This document shows positions 49,654 to 59,183 of a stretch of DNA of 64,000 nt, piece after piece (the first letter of the stretch is position 1; each line of letters begins with the position of its first letter). The stretch spans positions 612 through 64,611 of the forward strand of contig JBBTSV010000005.1 of assembly GCA_038064595.1 (NCBI GenBank), in the 5' to 3' direction. The DNA comes from Patescibacteria group bacterium (GTDB taxonomy: Bacteria; Patescibacteriota; Minisyncoccia; Phycocordibacterales; Phycocordibacteraceae). Made by a program: the position numbers and the translations under genes. Under the pieces are notes generated by a model. The model saw only the letters and a program-made list of their open reading frames with translations, made no database searches and was not told where the DNA came from.

Positions 49654-49757
49654 TGCGCAAAGCGATTGTGAACACTCCTCCTGAAGTGTTCACAATCCGA
49701 TCTTTTGCGAACCAGCCCCTCTGGGCCTAGTTCGCAAAAGATATATTGTGCGCACTC
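49641..49757. repeat. BIME-like cluster of alternating repeat units
   Basis: CCTCTGGGCCTAGT(G/T)CGCAAA..ATTGTG..CACTC at 49641 and 49718, with an inverted copy between. Confidence 0.7.
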
Positions 49758-49810
49758 TATACAGAGAGCCCGTGGCGTCAAAAACTCATATCCCCCCACT
49801 CTTCTCGTCA

Positions 49811-50554
49811 CTAACAGGTCACGTGCGCAATGATGTAGTCAAATGCTTCATCGACAGTGTCGACAAGGGTATAGAGATGCATATCTTCTTTATCAATCGC
49901 TTTATACTTTTCATACAGTACCGTTTCAAATACCTGTAACACAGGCGTCCAGTATTCCTTCCCTACCAAGACGAGGGGGACATTGCGGATCTTCTTGGTC
50001 TGGATGAGCGTGAGGATTTCAAAAAATTCATCCAGGGTGCCGAAGCCACCCGGGAAGTAGACATACACCTCGGAGGCGTAGGTGAGCATCACCTTGCGGA
50101 CAAAGAAGTGGTCGAAGCCAAATTTCTCGGTGAGGTAGGGGTTGTAATCCTGGGCTTGGGGTAGGTTGATGTTGAGTCCCACCGAGACCCCGCCGGCGTC
50201 AAAGGCGCCCTTATTGGCCGCCTGCATGATCCCCGAGCTCCCGCCGGTGATGACCGCGAAGCCACGCTTGGAGAGCCGGCCGGCGAGCTCAACCGCCTGC
50301 TTGTAGGAAGGGTCTTCAGGAGTCGCGCGGGCGCTCCCGAAGAAGGAGACCGCGAGCCCGTAGCGACGGATGATGTCAAATCCCTCGACAAACTCTGACA
50401 TGATCTTAAAGACACGCCACGACTCAATCTTCTTGGGCTTGCAGACCAGGAGTGGTTTGTCGACCGGTATGGTGCGATGCCCTTCGTGCACGATGTGCGC
50501 AAGACGCTCGGCGGTGTCATGCAGTGGAGCGCCTTGGACGAGCTCATCATTCAT
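49811..50554 (-). CDS. LOG-family (TIGR00730-like) nucleotide phosphoribohydrolase
   Basis: SFFGSAR, ITGG..GIM, FFVRK, PGGFGTLDE. Confidence 0.93.
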   Translation of the reverse strand: MNDELVQGAPLHDTAERLAHIVHEGHRTIPVDKPLLVCKPKKIESWRVFKIMSEFVEGFDIIRRYGLAVSFFGSARATPEDPSYKQAVELAGRLSKRGFAVITGGSSGIMQAANKGAFDAGGVSVGLNINLPQAQDYNPYLTEKFGFDHFFVRKVMLTYASEVYVYFPGGFGTLDEFFEILTLIQTKKIRNVPLVLVGKEYWTPVLQVFETVLYEKYKAIDKEDMHLYTLVDTVDEAFDYIIAHVTC

Positions 50555-50571
50555 GTGAGCATTGTAGCAGA

Positions 50572-50934
50572 TTAGAGCCCTTTACAACCAGACGCCGGAG
50601 CATAACCCGCGGCGAGAGCGGCTGCCGCAGAGGCAAAATAGACTTTATTCTTCTCCGAGATCCGATCCGCACCGCTGCAGGAAGTGAGATAATATTTGGT
50701 GCCGTACTTTGAGGCCACGATCTGCGTCATACTAGAAGACTCAATCTGGGGTGTGCCTCCTGCTCCTGCCTGCTGCGAACTCAGCTCTCTCCCCTGCCCC
50801 ACCGTCTGATGCGAGGCATAGCCGAGCCAAAAACTGATACTTGAGGCCACGATAATGAGCCCGACCACAAGAACATCTCGTGGGATTCTGGCCAAGAGAG
50901 TTTTGCATTTCTCCCGCGTATCTGCTATACTCAT
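50572..50934 (-). CDS. membrane-anchored protein with Ada-like metal-binding domain
   Basis: TM plus VASKYGTKYY..C..I...N.VYFAS..GY.P..C. Confidence 0.7.
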   Translation of the reverse strand: MSIADTREKCKTLLARIPRDVLVVGLIIVASSISFWLGYASHQTVGQGRELSSQQAGAGGTPQIESSSMTQIVASKYGTKYYLTSCSGADRISEKNKVYFASAAAALAAGYAPASGCKGL

Positions 50935-50953
50935 GCAGTAAAACTATACCACT

Positions 50954-51226
50954 ATGGCATCGACTAAAGCCGGCGGATCAGCCAAAAATCTCACCGATAG
51001 TAACCCACAGTATCTGGGGGTGAAGCTCGGTGATGGTGCTGCTGCTCGCCCGGGGATGGTGATCGTCCGCCAGCGCGGGACCAAAATCGAAGCTGGCAAG
51101 AATGTGAAGGTCGGCAAGGACCACACCCTCTTCTCCATCGCCACGGGCAAAGTCTCCTTCCGCAACCGCCGCAAGACGACCTTCGCCGGTCGCATCCTCA
51201 CCAAGAAAGTCGTCGACGTTATTTAA
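50954..51226 (+). CDS. rpmA: 50S ribosomal protein L27
   Basis: KAGGS..DSNPQYLGVK, IVRQRGTK, GKDHTLF. Confidence 0.97.
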   Translation: MASTKAGGSAKNLTDSNPQYLGVKLGDGAAARPGMVIVRQRGTKIEAGKNVKVGKDHTLFSIATGKVSFRNRRKTTFAGRILTKKVVDVI

Positions 51227-51233
51227 ATAAAAG

Positions 51234-51265
51234 AAAACGCGGCGCCCTAGAGGGCGCCGCGTTTT
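51234..51265. terminator. bidirectional terminator
   Basis: AAAACGCGGCGCCC-TAGA-GGGCGCCGCGTTTT between convergent rpmA and rplI. Confidence 0.85.
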
Positions 51266-51272
51266 ATTTTTG

Positions 51273-51716
51273 TTATTCACTCTGAACAGTGACGGAGAAC
51301 TTGCCGAAGGTGTCGCCCACGGAGACGGGGATGTCGAAGGTACCGGCTTCTTTAATCGGCTTCTCGAGCTTAATCGCGTCCTCGGGGAGCTCGACGTGTG
51401 CCTGCTCCTTCACTGCTGCGAGTATCTCGGCCTCTTTGACGGCATCATAGAGGTGCCCCTTCTCATTGACCTTGGCAGTGACCACGATGCGCGCCTCGGC
51501 GAGCGTCGCGAGATTTTGCGCGAGGAGCGCGTGGTCGAGCTCTGCCCTATCACCCTCGGCCTTACGGCGCAGCCCTGCCTGTTGCTTGGCCACGGTGGTG
51601 GCCGCTATCGCGAGCTTCTTAGGAATTAAAAAGTTGAGCGCGTACCCGTCGGCAACGGTTATCTCTTCATGTGTGCGCCCACGCCCCTTCACATCTTTGG
51701 TCAAAATTACTTTCAT
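51273..51716 (-). CDS. rplI: 50S ribosomal protein L9
   Basis: [32 protein letters not shown]. Confidence 0.95.
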   Translation of the reverse strand: MKVILTKDVKGRGRTHEEITVADGYALNFLIPKKLAIAATTVAKQQAGLRRKAEGDRAELDHALLAQNLATLAEARIVVTAKVNEKGHLYDAVKEAEILAAVKEQAHVELPEDAIKLEKPIKEAGTFDIPVSVGDTFGKFSVTVQSE

Positions 51717-51862
51717 ATCCCCCACCCTACTCGAAAGTGGAGAGAGTCGCAAGTGTATTTGGACAAGTCAGACTTGTATCCTTCATTCCATACTAAATCC
51801 TATAGGACAAATTATGGAACTTGAAAGTTTTGAACGAGTGCTGAGATTCTTGGACGGCATGC

Positions 51863-52438
51863 TTAGACCTTGAGTTTGAAATGTTCCCGAAAAGCTTTAT
51901 CTGACTCGAGGGCTTCAGCAACAAAAAAGCGCATCTCGCCAACGCCGCTCTTGAGATGTGCACGCACGAGAGAAATAAACTCGTCGCAAGGATACGGGTA
52001 TACCCAAACGCTGTCTTGCATACGTATAAATCCAGCTCCGTGGAGGAGCCGACGGAGCTGGGTACGAGCGCGACGTCGACGTTCGCTTATGTCGAAAATA
52101 AGCACACGCCACTTCCCGTCCCAAAATGCTGGTTCGGGGATCGCATACTCTCCAAACTCGATCTGTGCCATCAGCTCACGACCTTTGTCGGTTATCCAAA
52201 CGCGCTCACTCCTCCGTTCCCCAGTGACAGTCACGAGACCTGCACTTTTGAGTCGACTGATTCCTTGTGTGATACGTCGATACAGTTGTGTACGATTTTT
52301 TGCGGGACGATCCAATTCTTTCAGAAGACGCGTCATCTGCGGCGCAATGAGTGCGACGCTTATCACTCCAACAGTAACGAGTGAGCGAAGTAACAGATTT
52401 CGCATCGGTACCCGTCGTTGTTTCTGTTCTTTGGCCAT
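51863..52438 (-). CDS. PaaX-like regulator (wHTH plus Cas2-like domain)
   Basis: ITDKG wing; WDGKWRVLIFDI.E..R..R..LR..L...GF..Q.SVWV. Confidence 0.85.
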   Translation of the reverse strand: MAKEQKQRRVPMRNLLLRSLVTVGVISVALIAPQMTRLLKELDRPAKNRTQLYRRITQGISRLKSAGLVTVTGERRSERVWITDKGRELMAQIEFGEYAIPEPAFWDGKWRVLIFDISERRRRARTQLRRLLHGAGFIRMQDSVWVYPYPCDEFISLVRAHLKSGVGEMRFFVAEALESDKAFREHFKLKV

Positions 52439-52533
52439 TGTTCCATATTATAGCCTATAGGATGTATCAAGGAATATTCGAAATCGTGTATCGTCGTGTA
52501 TCTGTGTGGTGAGGAATTCTCACCACATTGCAG

Positions 52534-53781
52534 CTATGTACCGGTCGTCAAAAATTCAACGGCGCGGGCTTTTTGCGGGTCAGTCTTGGCAGCCGCATCT
52601 TTGGCGCTATAGGGCACGATGATGTCGGGGGTGATGCCGTTACCCATAATCCAATGCCCGGCGGGAGTGACCCAGCGCGCGACGGTGACTTTGAGTGAGC
52701 CGCCATCAAGGTCGATGAGTGTCTGTACTGAACCTTTGCCAAATGACTTCGTCCCTATGACAGTCGCGACTTTGGCGTCTTGGAGTGCGCCCGCGACGAT
52801 CTCTGACGCTGAAGCAGAGCCGCCATCGACAAGCACGACGACCTTTGTCCCACTCGGGAGATCGTTGTAGCCAGCGCTTGTGTGCACCGCCTTCTCTTGA
52901 GTATCACCAAAATCTTCTATCACGACTTGTGCCCCTTTGGGGAGGAAGTGGCTTGCGATATCGACTGCCGCATCGAGGTAGCCGCCCGGATTCCCGCGCA
53001 AATCGACTATGAGCCTCGTCGCGCCCGACTCCTTGAAACGTCCGAATGCTTGATTAAAGAGGTCGGCGGAGTTGACGGTGAACTGATAAAGAGCGATTCG
53101 GTAGACTGGAGTATCTTTGACAAAGCCATCCTCCGTCTCAGGGACCTGGATCGTCGCGCGCGTGACCGAGACATCAAACGATTTACGGTCACGGATGAGG
53201 GTGAGCGTCACCACTGTCCCGATTGGCCCACGGATTTTGCTCACCGCCTCGTCGGTTGAGATACCGTCAGTCGACCTCCCGTCAATCGCGGCGATAATGT
53301 CGCCCGGCTGCATCCCCGCCGCTTCAGCAGGCGTCCCTTTCAATGGGGCGACCACCGTCAGTACGCGATCTTTCACATCGATCTCAACGCCGAGGCCGCC
53401 AAAACTCCCAGAGATACTCTCGGCAAACTTCTTTGCCTCAACGGGTGGGAAGAAGACGGTATAGGGATCGTTATACGAGTCGGCGAGCCCGCTGATCGCT
53501 CCATACAGTCGATCCTTGACGCTGGGGAGCGAGGTCGAGGCGTGGGTGATAACGTAGTTTTGGTTGAGTGCATTCCACGCTTTCCAAAAACTTGAGAGAT
53601 CGGCGCGCTGATCCGGCGTTGCGTCAAGCTGATCGCCAAAAAAGGGGGCGCGCTCGGCGATTACTGCGGGCGCGCCACTCCCTCCGACAACAACCCCTCC
53701 AATAAAAAAGGCTGCCGCAACGAGCGCATAGGAGACAGCGTGCTTGGTTACGCGTGGCGCACGACCGTGACTGTCCGACAT
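52534..53781 (-). CDS. ctpA: carboxyl-terminal processing protease (S41) with PDZ domain
   Basis: DPYT, GLGV PDZ, DLRGNPGG, SASASE, FGKGSVQ. Confidence 0.92.
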   Translation of the reverse strand: MSDSHGRAPRVTKHAVSYALVAAAFFIGGVVVGGSGAPAVIAERAPFFGDQLDATPDQRADLSSFWKAWNALNQNYVITHASTSLPSVKDRLYGAISGLADSYNDPYTVFFPPVEAKKFAESISGSFGGLGVEIDVKDRVLTVVAPLKGTPAEAAGMQPGDIIAAIDGRSTDGISTDEAVSKIRGPIGTVVTLTLIRDRKSFDVSVTRATIQVPETEDGFVKDTPVYRIALYQFTVNSADLFNQAFGRFKESGATRLIVDLRGNPGGYLDAAVDIASHFLPKGAQVVIEDFGDTQEKAVHTSAGYNDLPSGTKVVVLVDGGSASASEIVAGALQDAKVATVIGTKSFGKGSVQTLIDLDGGSLKVTVARWVTPAGHWIMGNGITPDIIVPYSAKDAAAKTDPQKARAVEFLTTGT

Positions 53782-53840
53782 CGGTGCAGTGTACCACACC
53801 CCTTTTTTCAACCACACATACACTGTGGTATCCTACTCTC

Positions 53841-54761
53841 ATGATATTTCGACACGAGTACCGTGGGGGTGTCTGGGTCGATCTAGAGAAGCCTACGCCC
53901 GCTGAGATCCGCACGGTCTCTCTGGAGTTTGCGCTTAGTGAACGTTTTGAACGAGAGCTCCTCTCCCCCACCCCGACCCCACTCGTAACCGGGACTGAGC
54001 AAGAGGCCCTCTTGGTGCTCCACTTCCCTACCCAAGGCAGTGAGGAAGGTGAGACGAAGAGTCAAGAAATCGACTTCGTTGTCGGAAAAGATTTTATCCT
54101 CACCGTGCGCTATGAGATCATCGCACCTCTCCACCACCTCAAGAAACTCCTTGAAGCGCAGCAACTCATCGAGGGTAAAACGCAGATAACGACTGACGTA
54201 CTCCTCGAGATCCTCTTCGCGCATCTCTATACCTCTATGCGCGACCATATAAACCACATCGCCGACCATCTCACCCATGTTGAAAAAGATATGTTCGACG
54301 GACACGAGCGTGCCACGGTGCGTTCTATCTCAAACATCAGCCGCTCCTTCCTTCACCTTGAGGCGGCGCTCGCTAGCCAGGAGGAGTCGATGGCACACTT
54401 CTTTGATACCCTTATTCAGCGGGGTCTCTTTGGACGCACGTTTGTCAGCCGCTCGGAGCGGATAATGGGCGAGCGAGCGCATATCGCCCGAATCGTGAAG
54501 ACACACCGTGCAACGACTACCGAGCTGCGTGAGACCAATATCGCCTTGGTTGAGACACGTCAAAATGAAATCATGCGCACTCTGACGATCGTCAATATCA
54601 TCTTCCTCCCGCTCGGCCTCATCAGCTGGGTATTTGCGATGCGCGCCGAAGGGATGCCGATCATCGACTCGCCACACGCGTTCTGGATTATCCTCGCCGG
54701 CATGCTTTGCGTCGCTGTCACGATGATTGTGTTCTTTATACGAAAAAAGTGGATCTTCTAG
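53841..54761 (+). CDS. CorA-family divalent cation transporter
   Basis: WVDLEKPT, NEIMRTLTI..FLPL, two C-terminal TMs; signature reads AMR rather than GMN. Confidence 0.85.
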   Translation: MIFRHEYRGGVWVDLEKPTPAEIRTVSLEFALSERFERELLSPTPTPLVTGTEQEALLVLHFPTQGSEEGETKSQEIDFVVGKDFILTVRYEIIAPLHHLKKLLEAQQLIEGKTQITTDVLLEILFAHLYTSMRDHINHIADHLTHVEKDMFDGHERATVRSISNISRSFLHLEAALASQEESMAHFFDTLIQRGLFGRTFVSRSERIMGERAHIARIVKTHRATTTELRETNIALVETRQNEIMRTLTIVNIIFLPLGLISWVFAMRAEGMPIIDSPHAFWIILAGMLCVAVTMIVFFIRKKWIF

Positions 54762-54764
54762 GGT

Positions 54765-56231
54765 ATGCACTGGTTCCGCGCGCTCTTCAAGAAAAAAACT
54801 TCTTCAATAATCCCGACAGCGGCGCCGGTTTTCTTCACTAATACCCTCTCTGGAAATAAAGAGACCTTCGTCTCAATTAAACCGGGTCTGGTGCTCCTCT
54901 ATACCTGCGGACCTACCGTCTACGGCCCCGCACTTGTTGGTAACTTGCGTGCCTATATCTTCTCTGACACGATTGTCCGCGCCCTCGAGGGTGCTGGGTA
55001 TCGCGTAAAGCGGGTCATCAACATAACTGACTTTGGTCACCTGGTCTCTGACGGCGACGAGGGTGAAGACAAGATGACCAAGGGGCTTAAGCGGGAGCAC
55101 ATGAAGCTCACTATGGAGAACATGCACATCCTCGCTGAGCGCTATGCCGACACATTTATAGCCGACCTTGAGTCGCTTGCGGTTGACGTGAGCGTGATCT
55201 CCTTTCCGCGGGCGAGTGATTATGTCGCCGAACAGATCGCGCTTATCAGTACACTCGAGCAGAAGGAGTATGCCTACCGCACTAAAGCGGGGGTCTACTT
55301 CGACACATCCCGCTTCCCGAGCTACGGGAAGCTCGGACACCTAAACCTAGAAGCACAACAAGAGAGCGGGCGAGCGCTTGAGAACATTGAGAAGCGACAT
55401 CCCGCTGACTTTGTCCTCTGGAAGCCAGATGCGAAGCTCGGGTGGCCAAGTCCGTGGGGTCACGGTTTTCCGGGTTGGCATGTTGAGTGTTCTGCAATGT
55501 CACGTGCGCTCCTCGGTCAAGAGATCGACATTCACACCGGAGGTGAGGACCATATCGCGGTGCACCACAACAACGAGATCGCCCAGTCTGAAGCAGCAAG
55601 TGGCCGCACCTTTGTCCACTACTGGATGCACAACGCCTTTCTCACCGCCGGCGGGGAGAAGATCTCAAAGTCACTCGGCAATGGCTTCACGCTTGCTGAT
55701 GTCGTCGAGAAAGGCATCCACCCGCTCGCGCTCCGCTACTTCTTTCTCCAGGCACACTACCGCACCCCGCTCTCCTTCTCCTTCGACGCACTCGCAGGCG
55801 CCGCAGAAGCGCTGAATCGCTTGTGGAAGTTCTCACGAGAAATAAGCACAGAGTCACTGCAGGAGACGGCACCGTCAGAGGCACTCCAGCGCTTTCTGGC
55901 AGCGATGCGCGACGATCTGGCGACACCCCAAGCAATCGGCATTCTTTGGGAGTCGCTCAAGAGTGAAGATCTTACGCCGGAGGAGAAGTGGGGGCTTCTC
56001 GTGGCGGCCGACGAACACTTAGGTCTTTCGCTAAAGACCCCACCCGTGCTCAAAACACTCGCCGCTGCTGATCTCTCCCCCGAGCTGCAGGACATATTGA
56101 CAAGGCGCGAAGAAGCTCGTAAAAAGGGGGACTTTGTCCACGCTGACCTCCTCCGAGATGAACTTCAAAAACGGGGATATCGTGTGGATGACGGGCTACA
56201 CGGCCCCGTGTTGACTCCGACCACTCTTTGA
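54765..56231 (+). CDS. cysS: cysteine--tRNA ligase
   Basis: YTCGPTVY, DFVLWK, GFPGWHVECSAM, DIHTGG, KISKS. Confidence 0.97.
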   Translation: MHWFRALFKKKTSSIIPTAAPVFFTNTLSGNKETFVSIKPGLVLLYTCGPTVYGPALVGNLRAYIFSDTIVRALEGAGYRVKRVINITDFGHLVSDGDEGEDKMTKGLKREHMKLTMENMHILAERYADTFIADLESLAVDVSVISFPRASDYVAEQIALISTLEQKEYAYRTKAGVYFDTSRFPSYGKLGHLNLEAQQESGRALENIEKRHPADFVLWKPDAKLGWPSPWGHGFPGWHVECSAMSRALLGQEIDIHTGGEDHIAVHHNNEIAQSEAASGRTFVHYWMHNAFLTAGGEKISKSLGNGFTLADVVEKGIHPLALRYFFLQAHYRTPLSFSFDALAGAAEALNRLWKFSREISTESLQETAPSEALQRFLAAMRDDLATPQAIGILWESLKSEDLTPEEKWGLLVAADEHLGLSLKTPPVLKTLAAADLSPELQDILTRREEARKKGDFVHADLLRDELQKRGYRVDDGLHGPVLTPTTL

Positions 56232-56243
56232 TACACTGGGGGG

Positions 56244-57602
56244 ATGGCCACCTCGGATCGCATTCCTCCACAATCGCTCGAGTCTGAGCGCGCGCTCCTG
56301 GGAGCTCTATTACTTAAACCAGAGGCGATTCACGACGTTTCGGATCTCATCCATTCAGAATCGTTTTATGCCGAAAAGCACCGACTTATCTTTGCGGCGA
56401 TGCGCGAGCTTGCTGACCGAGGTAACCCGATCGATCAACTCTCCCTTTCCGAACGTCTTCTCGACCAGGGACTTCTGGAGCGCGCTGGCGGCCGCAGCTA
56501 CCTCGCCGAGCTCGCAGGCTCCGCACCCACGCCCGGAAACTTCTCGCACTATGCAGAGCTCGTCTCACGCAAATATTTAATGCGTGCCCTCATCGACGCC
56601 GCCTACGGGATCACCGAGTCCGCCTTTGACGATGCGCGCGAGACGATGGAGGTCTTGGATGAGGCAGAGAAAAGTATCTACGCCATCGGTAACGCTTCTG
56701 CCGCGCACAAGTTCACCGCCATCGGCGATAAAATTCACGAAGCGTGGGAGCGTATTGAAGCGCTCTCGCATAAAGAAGACGGAATCCGTGGCGTCCCCTC
56801 CGGCTTCCCTACCCTCGATAACCTCCTCTCTGGCTTCCATCCGTCTGATCTCATCATCCTCGCTGCGCGCCCCTCGATGGGTAAGACCTCCTTAGCGCTC
56901 GATATCGCGCGCAACGCAGCGGTACGCCACAACGTACCGGTCGGCATTTTCTCCCTAGAGATGAGCTCGGAGCAGCTCATTGACCGTATGCTCGCGGCAG
57001 AGTCGTTCGTCAACTCATGGAAGCTGCGCACGGGCCAAGTCAAAGAGGAGGAGGACTTTAACCGCATCCGCGACGCGCTTGAGGTACTCTCCAAGGCGCC
57101 GATCTATATCGACGACAAGCCCGGTAACAATATCCTCGCGATGCGTGCGGTCGCGCGCCGCCTCAAGCGCGAGCGCGGGATTGGCCTCATTGTGGTCGAC
57201 TATCTCCAGCTTATGGCGCCCACAACCACCAAAGCGTCTGACTCTATGGTGCAGCAGGTGACCGAGATCTCGCGCTCACTCAAGTCGCTTGCGCGCGAGC
57301 TCGAGGTGCCCGTCATAGCACTCTCACAGCTCTCGCGCGCCGTCGAGCAGCGCGGCGGCAAGCCTCGTCTCTCTGACTTGCGCGACTCGGGCTCGATCGA
57401 GCAAGACGCTGACGTCGTGATGTTCATCCACCGTGAGGATAAAAGCAATAAAGAGAGCGATCGCCCCGGCGTTGCTGAAATTCTTATTGAGAAACACCGC
57501 AATGGCCCCACCGGGAAGACCGAGCTCTACTTCGACGAGAAGCGCGCGACCTTCCAGCCGATGGACACCGCAGGCTACGGAGAGCTCGCGCAAGAATTTT
57601 AA
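56244..57602 (+). CDS. dnaB: replicative DNA helicase
   Basis: AARPSMGKT, DYLQL, SQLSR, DLRDSGSIEQDAD. Confidence 0.98.
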   Translation: MATSDRIPPQSLESERALLGALLLKPEAIHDVSDLIHSESFYAEKHRLIFAAMRELADRGNPIDQLSLSERLLDQGLLERAGGRSYLAELAGSAPTPGNFSHYAELVSRKYLMRALIDAAYGITESAFDDARETMEVLDEAEKSIYAIGNASAAHKFTAIGDKIHEAWERIEALSHKEDGIRGVPSGFPTLDNLLSGFHPSDLIILAARPSMGKTSLALDIARNAAVRHNVPVGIFSLEMSSEQLIDRMLAAESFVNSWKLRTGQVKEEEDFNRIRDALEVLSKAPIYIDDKPGNNILAMRAVARRLKRERGIGLIVVDYLQLMAPTTTKASDSMVQQVTEISRSLKSLARELEVPVIALSQLSRAVEQRGGKPRLSDLRDSGSIEQDADVVMFIHREDKSNKESDRPGVAEILIEKHRNGPTGKTELYFDEKRATFQPMDTAGYGELAQEF

Positions 57603-58204
57603 TGGACCATATTGAAGAACTCGCCCGTGCGCTCGCGAAGCTCCCCGGTATTGGTCCGCGCCAAGGGAAACGTTTTGTCTATTACCTTCTCGCGGTACCT
57701 GCAGCTGAACGCGCACATCTCGCCGAACTCATTTCAGTATTAGGAAAAAGCGTGCATCAGTGTCCCGCGTGTTACCGTTTCTATAATGGCACGACTGCCA
57801 CTGTGTGTACCTACTGCTTTGACCCGCGGCGTGATGACGCACAGCTCATGCTTGTAGAAAAGGATCAGGACCTCGCTGCACTTGAGCGCGCCGGAACCTA
57901 TAAGGGCCGCTACTTTGTCCTCGGCGGCGTGCTCACGCTTACGGGTAAGGGCACGATCCGCGAGAAAGAATTGTTGAAAGCCGTTGAGGAGCGTCTCAAG
58001 AAGGGGCTCCGTGAGGTAGTGCTCGCGCTCTCGGCCACAAGCGAGGGAGAGCATACTGCTGATCACGTGCGGCAGCTCCTCGCACCCCACCGTAACCATC
58101 TCACGATCTCCGAGCTCGGGCGTGGTCTCGCGACCGGCAGTGAGCTTGAATATTCTGACGCTGAGACCCTCCGAGCCGCCCTCATAAACCGCAAGGAGAC
58201 TTGA
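57602..58204 (+). CDS. recR: recombination protein RecR
   Basis: LPGIGPR HhH, C4 zinc finger, Toprim domain. Confidence 0.95.
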   Translation: MDHIEELARALAKLPGIGPRQGKRFVYYLLAVPAAERAHLAELISVLGKSVHQCPACYRFYNGTTATVCTYCFDPRRDDAQLMLVEKDQDLAALERAGTYKGRYFVLGGVLTLTGKGTIREKELLKAVEERLKKGLREVVLALSATSEGEHTADHVRQLLAPHRNHLTISELGRGLATGSELEYSDAETLRAALINRKET

Positions 58205-58238
58205 TGCAGACCCTCTAGAATCTGATACTATGGTGCAT

Positions 58239-58628
58239 ATGTTTAGAAAAGTTGTGCATTTCTTCGACCGGGCCGAGGACAGAATTCGAGGCGCCCTGAG
58301 CCATCATCCCATCTTTTACTCATTTGTAGGCGGGATCGGCATCATCCTTTTCTGGAAGGGGGTGTGGGAGACTGCCGCACTCTTCCCCGTTCTACACGGG
58401 ATCGGATCGCTGGTGCTCGGCATGCTTATCCTCCTTATGACTGGCCTTATGGTGTCCATCCTTATCGGCGACAGCATCATCCTCTCTGGTCTGAAGGGAG
58501 AGAAGAAATTGATCGAAAAAACAGAAACCGAGCTCGAGGAGGAAGGGGACGTTGATGAGCGTATTTTGGAAGAACTCCATACTATCGAAGAAACCCTCAC
58601 GCACCGAGAAGAACATCACAAAGGTTAA
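58239..58628 (+). CDS. membrane protein, hypothetical
   Basis: Two TMs (IILFWKGVW) plus acidic tail. Confidence 0.75.
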   Translation: MFRKVVHFFDRAEDRIRGALSHHPIFYSFVGGIGIILFWKGVWETAALFPVLHGIGSLVLGMLILLMTGLMVSILIGDSIILSGLKGEKKLIEKTETELEEEGDVDERILEELHTIEETLTHREEHHKG

Positions 58629-58676
58629 TCGGAATAAGGGTTTACGAAACCCTTATGGTACAGGCCGCAAAGGAGC

Positions 58677-59036
58677 TCAATTCTCTTGCTTGTGTAGTTC
58701 ACTGGCAGCTTCAGGAGTCGAGACGGTCTTCCCCATCAGCAAGAGTCTTATGATGCCGAGTGCAAGCATCCAGTAGACGAGCATCGCGAGCAGCGTCGTC
58801 CACTCGATGATGTTCCCTTCCATCTGCGTCCGTTGAAACACGTTCAGGAACGGTTGTGCAAGCGGATAACTGAGGTTGTAGATGAAGCTGCTGAAGCCGG
58901 CGGATGCGTTAGCGCCCAAGAGCTTCAGTACAAAGCGGAATGCAAGTAGTACCTCGAGTAGCCCCAGAATATACCAGACAATCTGTGTTCCTCGATACAG
59001 CGGCTTGGTGCTAGGAGAAGAATAGGAAGAGTCCAT
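58677..59036 (-). CDS. YggT-like membrane protein
   Basis: LAFRFVLKLLGAN..F..FIY..S.PL..PF. Confidence 0.8.
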   Translation of the reverse strand: MDSSYSSPSTKPLYRGTQIVWYILGLLEVLLAFRFVLKLLGANASAGFSSFIYNLSYPLAQPFLNVFQRTQMEGNIIEWTTLLAMLVYWMLALGIIRLLLMGKTVSTPEAASELHKQEN

Positions 59037-59041
59037 AGAAT

Positions 59042-59173
59042 TTAATTAAGCATCCGTGCGATAAAGACAACAAGGGCGATCACGAGTAGGGCGTGGATGA
59101 GATTCCCTCCAACATTAAAACTGAAACCAAGAAGCCAGAGAACAAGGAGAACGATAAGGATTGACCACGCCAT
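59042..59173 (-). CDS. lmo0937/DUF5670-like small membrane protein
   Basis: WSILIVLLVLWLLGF..GGNLIHALLVIA. Confidence 0.8.
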   Translation of the reverse strand: MAWSILIVLLVLWLLGFSFNVGGNLIHALLVIALVVFIARMLN

Positions 59174-59183
59174 AGAAGAAAAA

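Noticed and set aside
51863-52438. Cas2 / CRISPR-Cas system
   Set aside because: The Cas2-like segment is the central domain of a PaaX-like protein. No cas1 and no repeat-spacer array were seen in the window.
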